A DNA stretch of 64,000 nt, from assembly GCA_964035545.1 (NCBI GenBank), contig OZ037771.1, positions 10,420,480 through 10,484,479 of the forward strand, given 5' to 3'. Below are positions 1-23,700 of the stretch, piece by piece. Position 1 is the stretch's first letter. Each line of letters opens with the position of its first letter. Position numbers and translations under genes: made by a program. The notes under the pieces were generated by a model, which saw only the letters and a list, made by a program, of their open reading frames with translations, made no database searches and had not been told where the DNA came from. Origin of the DNA: Bugula neritina. Its lineage: Eukaryota; Animalia; Bryozoa.

Positions 1-54
1 GCAACATTCATGATTCGTGTCGTTAAGTATATTTCAATTTAGATGTTATAGTAG

Positions 55-13390
<13,336 letters not shown>

Positions 13391-14136
13391 TTTTGTTTGA
13401 ACTCAATTTTTTACCAAGTTTATACCGTCCAGTTCCTACTTTATTATTTTTTAAGGTTTTTTATTTGGTTTCATGCAAAAATTTTACAGTATTTATTTAG
13501 TGGTTTGTGAGAAGTTTAAATATTGTGAATGCAAGTGAAAATGTATGTGTGGTGTTGTTTTGTTAGTTGCTGCGCACAGCTAAAGGGGATTATCTTGTTA
13601 CCATTTTCGCACATGTATTTTTCGTTAGTTGAATTATATACAGTGATATTATTGAAAATTGAAAAATCACTTAGCTTTAGGCTTTTTTGCTAGATACACA
13701 TATAGTTAGTTGTAATAGTTCAGCTGGAAACACCCCATGGTAACATTTGTCAATCTCCTAATTTTCATTCTATAATTGAAGTAAAATGTGTCTGTGCAGT
13801 TTGTAGTGTTGTGCGAAGCTGTGAATTTTATTTTTCTTACATGAGTTTCAGCCTGTTGAATCTAAAATTCTTGTGTCTGTGTAGTTGATGTTTTGGAGTA
13901 AATTATATAATAAAACTAGTTTTATCAAACCTGTATGCAATAAAGAAGTTGCTCTGATATCAAATTTCTAATGTTGCTAGTTTGCAATGACCTGCTACAA
14001 ACTAGGGGCAGAGTTAATTCATTGCTGTGACTATCAAGAAAAGAGTACCTACAATTAATTCATGGCTAAAGATTCATATAAGAGAATCGGTAGTTGCTAG
14101 AAGCTTCAAACTGAGAGAAATGTCGAAGTATATGCT

Positions 14137-14218
<82 letters not shown>

Positions 14219-14247
14219 GAATTGAAATGACACAGTTAAAATTGATA

Positions 14248-14309
14248 AAACATTTTATTACTAATAGTTTCATGTATGTTAAAATATACACTCTTCAGAT
14301 AAAATGTTT
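14248..14309 (-). ncRNA. Second copy of the hammerhead ribozyme (inverted pLTR, minus strand)
   Basis: Exact reverse complement of 16974-17035. Confidence 0.9.
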
Positions 14310-14757
14310 AAATCTACTAAAGAATATATTACATGGTACTATTTAAGTAGTAAAAAGCTGAAAAGCTGGCGGATTAATGATATTTAAAAAAAGCTGGTAA
14401 GCATATTGTATGGATTATAGAATGCTCATGTAACGCTTTCTAAAACAAATGCCCTCGCATGTCTACATGTAGAAATAAAATCACTTCTGGTGTTTAATGA
14501 AGCGTATGTTGGTTTGTATACTATAAAATATTTCTCCCATAGACATAGGTGGCAGAGGGGGGGTTTTATTGCACGGTCGGGCATGTTTTAAAATTCTCCA
14601 TTGTATGTTATAATCTATATTCTTGTCTTTTAAAGTCCAGACATATTTACTGAGCTCAGTGGAGTTGCGTTTATTGTTATGTTTAAAACTGGCTATATGG
14701 TTACGATATTAAGGCTCCTTTTTTAGTTGAGCTCTCTTAATAGTATACTGCTACATA

Positions 14758-16857
14758 ATGAAACAGATAACATTTGACTACTCTACAAAGAATATACCAC
14801 TTCCATCTCATAAGGACTACATACTTCATCTGATACGCCAAATTGAAAATCTCTGTAAAAGAATGAGATGGAGAGCTTTTTTCTACCTCCATCCAGAAGC
14901 TAAAGTTGAGCAAAAAGAAACTTATGGATTTCGATCTAGAAAGGCTCCACCCCAGATCAGTCAACTACTCAGTTTTGAGAAGCGTATGCAAAGCTTAATA
15001 CATAAAATAAAGTTTAGGAAAGTCAACTGCGCATTTCAACAAAAGCTCCTTAAAGATATCAGAAACAAAATAGACTGCGCACAAGTAATTATACCTGCGG
15101 ACAAAACTTCCAACTTCTATGAGACGAATCCCGATACCTATAATAAACTTCTACATGACAATATCACTTCGTGCTATCAAAGAGAAGATAATTCCACACC
15201 AATGCACATCAGCAAAGAAGCGAAAGATATTGCCACAAGCCTCAAGTTAGCAGACCGAATCAATGTCACTGCAGAGAAGCATGCATACATAACCCTAAAA
15301 GACCACAAATCCAACTTTGAGACTAAACCATCATGCAGATTGATAAACCCATCGAAACCAGAGCTAGGTAAAGTAAGTAAACATCTACTTGATAACATCA
15401 ATTCTGCTATAGCCTCCAGACTATCACTAAACCAGTGGAAAAATACCCAAGCTGTAACAAACTGGTTTAATAATATTATGGACAAAAACAACTACTCTTT
15501 CATAGAATTTGACATTGTCAACTTTTACCCTTCTATCACAGCCAAGCTACTCAATGCAGCATTAAACTTTGCTTCGTCTTACGTGAACATCTCCGATAGC
15601 GACCGAAACATCATTATACATACAAAAAAGTCGCTTCTCTATAATACCAATGGTGTGTGGAGTAAAGCGAATACCGACAGACTATTCGACGTCACAATGG
15701 GGAGCTACGACGGAGCGGAGACCTGTGAACTGGTGGGTTCGTTTATTCTACACTTGATCACAGCCAAACATGGCCACAATTTTGGATTATACCGAGACGA
15801 TGGCCTTGGAATAATAAAGGCGTCAGCTAAATCCATAGAATCAATAAAGAAAGACATATGCAATATATTTAAGCAAGAGGGCCTAAAGATCACTATTGAA
15901 GCAAATAAGAAAGTGGTAAATTTCCTAGACGTACGCCTAGACCTGCATACTGGGAAATATAAACCATTCAACAAACCAAACAATAACCCTACATATGTGC
16001 ATATCAAATCTAACCACCCGCCTTCGATACTGCACAACATACCTGACTCAATTAACAGACGCCTGTCATCAATTTCATCAGACACCACTAGCTTCGCCGA
16101 ATGCACAACACTACACCAAGAGGCCCTAAAGAAAAGCGGATACAGCCATAAACTTAAATTCCACCAACAGACAAAGGAAAACCATCCTAACAAAACCAAC
16201 CGCCGGAAGCCCATAATCTGGTTCAACCCGCCATACAGCCGCAATGTAGCCACAAATGTAGGCAAAGAATTTCTGAGGATAGCACAGGAAGAGTTCCCAC
16301 ACAACCACGCCCTTAGTAAAATATTCAACAACAAAACCTTAAAAGTCAGCTACAGCTGCATGAAGAATGTACGGTCTATGATAAACAAACACAACAAAAA
16401 ATTACTACATCAAGAGGAGAATGTGAATGACCCATGCAACTGCAGAAATAAAAACCTGTGCCCACTCAATGGTAACTGCAGATCAAAATCTCTAATCTAC
16501 CAAGCCACTGTCTCCTCCAACAACCACACAGAGACATATGTTGGACTAACTAAGGGTGAATTCAAATTCAGATATCGTAACCATATAGCCAGTTTTAAAC
16601 ATAACAATAAACGCAACTCCACTGAGCTCAGTAAATATGTCTGGACTTTAAAAGACAAGAATATAGATTATAACATACAATGGAGAATTTTAAAACATGC
16701 CCGACCGTGCAATAAAAACTCCCCCCTCTGCCACCTATGTCTATGGGAGAAATATTTTATAGTATACAAACCAACATACGCTTCATTAAACACCAGAAGT
16801 GATTTTATTTCTACATGTAGACATGCGAGGGCATTTGTTTTAGAAAGCGTTACATGA
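14758..16857 (+). CDS. PLE reverse transcriptase + C-terminal GIY-YIG endonuclease (699 aa, intact)
   Basis: RT motifs IPADKT, FDIVNFYPSI, MGSYDGAETCELVG, GLYRDDG, NFLDV; WFNPPYS; linker CxCx5C (CNCRNKNLC); endonuclease LIY...YVGLT...FKFRYRNH; terminal CHLC...CRH. Confidence 0.96.
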   Translation: MKQITFDYSTKNIPLPSHKDYILHLIRQIENLCKRMRWRAFFYLHPEAKVEQKETYGFRSRKAPPQISQLLSFEKRMQSLIHKIKFRKVNCAFQQKLLKDIRNKIDCAQVIIPADKTSNFYETNPDTYNKLLHDNITSCYQREDNSTPMHISKEAKDIATSLKLADRINVTAEKHAYITLKDHKSNFETKPSCRLINPSKPELGKVSKHLLDNINSAIASRLSLNQWKNTQAVTNWFNNIMDKNNYSFIEFDIVNFYPSITAKLLNAALNFASSYVNISDSDRNIIIHTKKSLLYNTNGVWSKANTDRLFDVTMGSYDGAETCELVGSFILHLITAKHGHNFGLYRDDGLGIIKASAKSIESIKKDICNIFKQEGLKITIEANKKVVNFLDVRLDLHTGKYKPFNKPNNNPTYVHIKSNHPPSILHNIPDSINRRLSSISSDTTSFAECTTLHQEALKKSGYSHKLKFHQQTKENHPNKTNRRKPIIWFNPPYSRNVATNVGKEFLRIAQEEFPHNHALSKIFNNKTLKVSYSCMKNVRSMINKHNKKLLHQEENVNDPCNCRNKNLCPLNGNCRSKSLIYQATVSSNNHTETYVGLTKGEFKFRYRNHIASFKHNNKRNSTELSKYVWTLKDKNIDYNIQWRILKHARPCNKNSPLCHLCLWEKYFIVYKPTYASLNTRSDFISTCRHARAFVLESVT

Positions 16858-16973
16858 GCATTCTATAATCCATACAATATGCTTACCAGCTTTTTTTAAA
16901 TATCATTAATCCGCCAGCTTTTCAGCTTTTTACTACTTAAATAGTACCATGTAATATATTCTTTAGTAGATTT

Positions 16974-17035
16974 AAACATTTTATCTGAAGAGTGTATATT
17001 TTAACATACATGAAACTATTAGTAATAAAATGTTT
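16974..17035 (+). ncRNA. Minimal type I hammerhead ribozyme in the PLE 3' pLTR
   Basis: Stem I aaacattttat / ataaaatgttt; core CTGAAGA (16985-16991); stem II gtgtat/atacat; GAAA (17012-17015); stem III ACT-att-AGT; GUA cleavage triplet, predicted cut after 17024. Confidence 0.92.
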
Positions 17036-17127
17036 TATCAATTTTAACTGTGTCATTTCAATTCTATTTTATGATATGCTCTGTTTTAAACATTGAGCTC
17101 TTTTAAGCAGCGCACTATATCTCACAG

Positions 17128-17194
<67 letters not shown>

Positions 17195-17754
17195 CATATA
17201 TATATATAAAGATACTTTAGTGAAATTATAAGTTTCCACAGCTGTGAAGGTGTAGGCCATGGTACTCTGTTTTGGGCTGATGAGGGAACAACTCTCGACA
17301 CAGATTGATATATATATATTTCGAAACTTATTAAAATCATCATTTCAAAACTCATTAGTAGATTAGTATTAAATTTTAATATTCAAAATTGACATGCTCA
17401 ACCTGCACTCTAGCGAAACACTCCTAATACCAAGCCAAGAAAAAAAGCTAAGTTATAGAATAAAGGCAATTAAAATTATTGCACTAAAATATGAAGTGTC
17501 TACTCTACTCTACAAAACGTCTTAATTAATAAACCAGATATTGGAGTTATCTTCTGTTCATAACATGAGCAGTTGGGGGTTTTTTAGTATGAACAGCGAT
17601 CGTACTTATTTCATAAAACCGTAGTTTCCGGCCATGTGAACCTGGTTCCCTTTCTGCTCTTCATCTGAGTCAATTATAACAGTTGTAAAAAACGTTTTAT
17701 TCTTTACGTATCGGTATACTCTTGCACGTATGGGAGTAATTTAAAAGTGAGATA

Positions 17755-20700
17755 ATGGCTGAAGTACCAAAGCAGTTTACCCAGCTAGAATTTGGCTGTT
17801 ATACTGATGACGATGCTAGAAAATTAAGTGTTTTGGAAATTACAAATTCTAAAACTTTTGATACGTTGGGGCATGTCACCGCAAATGGACTGTATGACAG
17901 AAAGTTAGGTAAGCCTAAGTTTTATTTTTAGTTATAAATTTGAGTTTGTTTATGCTTATTCAAATTTTAGTTATTTATAGCTCAAAATGATTCACTATTT
18001 TATAAGTTAAAATTATTTGGCCTTGGGCACAATAACAATGACTATGACTATGAGTATCAGTATGACTATGAGCATCACAATGTCAATCACTCAATGTGAA
18101 TGAGTATGACTATCACTATGACAATCGCAATTAATATCAATCTATCATATTATCGAATTGTAATTGAAACTCAATATAAACATCATTCATATTGTGACTG
18201 TCATAATTGTGCTACTGCTTGTGCCCAAATCAATTTATTTTATAAAATTTATAAAAATGATGAACTGGTTTGAGCTATAGTTAGCTATGAAAATTGAATC
18301 ACCAAGTGACCATGACTATTGAGTTTGACCATTGTGTATGGACAATGGTCTATGGGTATTGGCATTACAGCGATAGTCAGTATAATTACCGTTATGATTA
18401 TAAGTGTCAGTGTTAGTGTGACAAAATCAAAGAGTAAAAGACAATTGACCTAAAACTTACAATCTTCAATTTTCAAAGCTAACTTGCTAACTCACCAAAA
18501 AACAGTAGCGTCTGGTGTCGACACAAAATATTATTACTTGTATTTTACGAAGTAGAAAAGGATTCGTTTTAATTTTAAATTTAAAACTAAATAATTGAAA
18601 TTTCATATACCAAATTTTTTGTTTGATTTTACTCTAAAATTGAATTTGATCAAATACATGATGTTTATTTCCACAAAATAATTCTATGAATTCCTAAAAT
18701 TCAAGCTAAATGCATTTGTTAGTAATTATAAATCATTCTTTTAATCTCAATCTGTATGGAGAACTGTATTGATTGATTTATTTATTGCATATCACAAACA
18801 TGACAACACGTTGCGAAATTCAGTGTAAGTACTGGCTATAATATAAGTAGGAATGAACAAAAATGAGAGAAAAAGTGAAAACTCCGCTGGATTGTTTAAA
18901 ATAGAAGCTCATTCAAAGTATTTATAAGATGACGCAAGAAGCTTTCTCCGCCCCATGCCCCCCTATATTTGATGGTTCGATATCTTCCTAAAAGGCATTG
19001 AATCAGAAATTTATTGATAAAGTGGTCATTGTCTACTATATATTTGATGGCAAGTTCTTTAGTGAGTTTCTGAATGTGCAAATCAATGTTTAGATACTCA
19101 ATCCCAAGTTTTGAGCAATCTTTGAAAATCTTTTGGATAGCCGTTTTATCACTGGCATAGATACAAATAAAAATAATAGGTAGACAATAGGCGATGCAGG
19201 ACATGATGAAACTTTTGAATAGCATATTTGCTAGAGGTTTAGAGCTAAGATACACAAAATTCTTCACAATATACATTCTTCTTGGTACTCTTGTAACTAC
19301 TGATTGTACATATTCATGAGATCTCAAATTCTGATCTACCAACACACCAAGGTGTCTCACTTTATCAGACAATACAATGTTAGTTCCATTCAATAGAGAG
19401 TAGGGATATGAGGTTTAGCACCTTGGGTTGAGAACATCATTTCTTGGGTCTTGCTAGGGTTTAATAATAGATTTAAATCATTACATTGCTTAGAAATTCT
19501 TTTAATCTTGTCAAAGTAAATATTTCGATCAAACAGTTTGCCAATGCAGCCAATAATGCAAGTGTCATATGTATATTTAATTACAGTTATGTTGCTCTGG
19601 CTTGAGGTAATCCTATTAATGTAGATAGAAAACAATAGCTGAGATAAACAGCACCCTCAGAGAGTTCCTGTGTTAGTTATGATTGAATTTGATGTTATGC
19701 CATCCACTATTGTGCACTGTACTCTGTTTGTAAGAAAGCTGTAAATCCACGCAGTAACATTATAGTCAAGATGAGTTATTTGGGTAATGAGGTCTGAAAT
19801 ATTGAATGCAAAAGAGAAGTCTAGAAAGACACACCTTGCGTAATTGGATGCTTTCTTGTCAATGAAACTGTCACAGTTGTAGTTAGACATAACAGCGCAT
19901 CTTATGTAGAGCGATTTGTACGATATGTGAACTGATATTTATCCATAGGTGTATGAGTTATAATGTAGTGTTTGATGAGCCTTTCCAGCATTTTGCATAT
20001 ACAGCTTGTGAGAGCAATTGGACGATATTGTTTAAATAGTTCAGTAGTATAATTTAGCACTTGAGTTTTACCAATGTTGACCAATCGAAATGTTTTTCAT
20101 TTACTTCTGAAGTTTATAAAATGAGCCTATTTTGTCTTAGAAAAGACATTATGTCATCACTAGGCTTTAAACCTTTACAGCATCGACAAGCTTGTCATAG
20201 TGTGAGCCCTCATTTGCTACGGTGCTATTTTTCTCTGCTATTTCTCACCTAGTTCTACTTAAGTTTTTAACCTAAAACAAATTCTTGTTAAAAAAAGTTA
20301 TTTTAAAAGTACAAAAAACTTTCAAATTATAAACCATTAAAGTCTCTTATCCAACTCTTATCTACCAGGTCCCCATGATCGGACAGAGATTTGTGGTACA
20401 TGTTCTCTCACTGATGCCAAGTGCTCTGGGCACATGGGGCACATAGAACTCCCTATGCCCGTCTACAATCCAATGTGGATGAACCAGCTCGAATTGGTAA
20501 TTTATTCACCTTATCACTATTCAATCACAGAAGGAATATGTTTTTGACTCAAAAATAGTAATTCAAGTGCTCCTATACTATGTTAAACTTGCCTATTGCT
20601 GATAACTATGCATCCTTCATGGTAGTAATGGACCAACGTTACAATATAATGAACTGAGTTATTGGCTTAGCTTATATTAATGTCAACAGCTGGTGAGAGG

Positions 20701-23700
20701 AAGCTGCTTTAGCTGTAAGAAGATTCTAGAAGATAATGTATGGTCTGAACAGATAATCTGTACTGTTAGACTTATTGATGCTGGATTGTGGGATAAAATA
20801 GATGGCCTGTTAGAGATTTACTGCGAGTTGGACGCAGTGGGCGCTACTCAGATTATGGTGCAGATGAATGAGTATGTCAACAAGGTTATCACGGGTAAGT
20901 TTCCCTAACACATGGATATCAGACTAATATTCTGTGTGTAGGTGTTTAATATCACTCATATTTTATATATGGTTCACTTTTGATATATATTCCCAGACTA
21001 TAAATGCTCTGCAGGTAATTCTTAAACCCAATAATAATGATTTAACAAACTTTCTACTTCAACAGAACATACACCTGTGGAGATGAGCAAGTCTAGCAGG
21101 TATGCCATTCTCACTAGGAAGGAGCTCATTGATAAGTACAAGTCAGTTGCCTTCAAGAATCAGAAAGGTTAGAACATTTCCTGTCGTATAGAAATACTTG
21201 CATTCTTGACTTTTTCAATAGGTTTTTTTTTATATAGTGACATCAGTTAGTGTTTGAAAGCTGTGAAATGCATTCAGTTATATATAGCTTACAGTGATCT
21301 CACATGTAAGTATGCTGTAGTAGTATTCTCTACATGCATTGCAGGTCATTGTGCCCACTGCTTGGTGCCCATTAGGAAGCTAAAGATAGAGAATCATGTC
21401 AGGTTTCTGTTCAACGAAGGAGCCAGTAAGCAGGGTATTGCCAGAGCCAAGAGAGCACTTACAGCCCGTCAAAGTAAGTGTTTTAAAGCAAACCTGTTCA
21501 GATTAATTATATAATAAAAGTGATTTACCCTGAACTAATTTGTTTGATTTGACTAGTGCTTTGGCATAGCCTGGACCTGTAATCAAAGTAATTTAACTGT
21601 TTAAAAGTGGAGAATAAGCAGAAGTTGAAATTATTCTTAGACCACCATCTCTGTTTTTAGACATTTAAACTCTGTTTACACATGAATTTTAATTTCTGAC
21701 TTAAAAGCCTCCAGTGACTGTGTCAGGTGATTTTCAAGACACTTGGCATAATTTCACTGCCTATAAGCTCTAAGTACTATACATAAGCTAGCTGAATTCA
21801 TATTATGTTATTGTACATTGTTGAATGTTTTCTGCATGAGGGTGACAGAATTGATTGCAGGTAAAGGTGTAGATTGGTTACTTTATCATTGAGTATAGCT
21901 ATGTTTTGTTATGTTCTGTTTACAAAGAATCAAAGCTCAAAGCTAAGAGAGCTAAAGCTAAGAAATCTTCGAGTGAAGATGAGGGATTTGAGGATACAAT
22001 GGATGTGGAGGACGAAGAAGATGATAAAGAATTAGTGCATTTGATGGAAGAGTCTGCTGCTGAAGACATAGGTAAGGCTACTAGATTAGAGGGATGAGAT
22101 TAGACTACCACTTCCTGTAGAGGGACTAGATTAGACTACCACTTCCTGTAGAGAGACTAGATTAGACTATTACTTCCTGTAGAGGGACTAGATTAGACTA
22201 CCACTTCCTGTAGAGGGACTAGATTAGACCACTACTTCCTGTAGAGGGACTAGATTAGACTACTACTTCCTGTAGAGAGACTAGATTAGACTATTACTTC
22301 CTGTAGAGGGACTAGATTAGACTACCACTTCCTGTAGAGGGACTAGATTAGACCACTACTTCCTGTAGAGGGACTAGATTAGACTACTACTTCCTGTAGA
22401 GAGACTAGATTAGACTACTACTTCCTGTAGAGGGACTAGAATAGACTACTACTTCCTGTAGAGGGACTAGATTGGATTACTGCTTCCTGTAGAGGGACTA
22501 GATTAGACTACTACTTCCTGTAGAGAGACTAGATTAGACTATTACTTCCTGTAGAGGGACTAGATTAGACTACCACTTCCTGTAGAGGGACTAGATTAGA
22601 CCACTACTTCCTGTAGAGGGACTAGATTAGACTACTACTTCCTGTAGAGAGACTAGATTAGACTATTACTTCCTGTAGAGGGACTAGATTAGACTACCAC
22701 TTCCTGTAGAGGGACTAGATTAGACCACTACTTCCTGTAGAGGGACTAGATTAGACTACTACTTCCTGTAGAGAGACTAGATTAGACTACTACTTCCTGT
22801 AGAGGGACTAGAATAGACTACTACTTCCTGTAGAGGGACTAGATTGGATTACTGCTTCCTGTAGAGGGACTAGATTAGACTACTACTTCCTGTAGAGAGA
22901 CTAGATTAGACTACTACTTCCTGTAGAGGGACTAGAATAGACTACTACTTCTTTTATGGGAACTAGAATGTAAAGCTACAGTGTATGCTGTGTATGTTTC
23001 ATACTAGTGCTCCCTCCATATCTCACTAAGTTACAGGTTTCAAAACCTCAATTCGTGACATAGCAGAATACCATATTTAACTCATGGATCTGTTAAATTT
23101 GGCTATTTTGTCTCTATACACACATACATAAGCCACAAACTGGGGGTCCAAACCTTTCTTTTGACCTATGGATTTTAATAAAAAAAGGAGCCGAGAGATA
23201 CAGAGGGATTCGTAAAAAAATCTTGACATCAGTTAGCAATTAGTGTAATAAATTTATTCCGGTACGAGTCTAGCATCGTATGTTCAACTTGTTATATGAA
23301 CTGTAGATGTGAAGGAGTTAGAGGACAAGATGGTGGATAGTCAGCGCAGAGTCCTTCTTACACCTTCTGTTCTTAGAGAACACATGAGGGCCGTCTGGGA
23401 CAAGAATTCCAATGTGCTGAAAGCTGTTTGTGGTAAGAATACTAATGGTGTGACTAGTGTCTGTCGGGAGTCACTGAATTACTCCCTCTTTTCTAGTGCA
23501 GTAGATCTATCATGTTTGCACTTGGGAGTTGGCTGCCATTATTACTTTGATTTACAATATCTTGTATGTTTTCACAGCCATGCTGCAGGTTCCTATACAG
23601 GATTTCGATGAGTTCAAGGATGATAGAAGACCTACCGATATATTCTTTCTCTCAGTAATTCCTGTGCCTCCGACAAAGTTTAGGCCGGTGAGAAAAGATT

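Larger units (their letters stand above)
14211..17128 (+). mobile_element. Full-length Penelope-like retroelement (PLE) with inverted pLTR, inserted in (TA)n
   Basis: 14211-14709 is the reverse complement of 16572-17072, near-identical apart from one small indel. (TA)n runs flank both sides (14141-14212, 17129-17208). Intact RT+GIY-YIG ORF and hammerhead motifs in the repeat. Confidence 0.95.

Noticed and set aside
15177-16334. Minus-strand ORFs within the PLE
   Set aside because: Antisense shadows of the RT ORF with no recognisable motifs.
16855-17100. Selenocysteine read-through of the PLE TGA, as in some Naiad PLEs
   Set aside because: The TGA follows the complete terminal CRH motif, a TAA follows within four codons, and the downstream structure is a hammerhead rather than a SECIS.
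22080-22952. CRISPR-like array (31-33 bp repeats, also 50755-51015)
   Set aside because: No unique spacers, no cas genes, eukaryotic intron.
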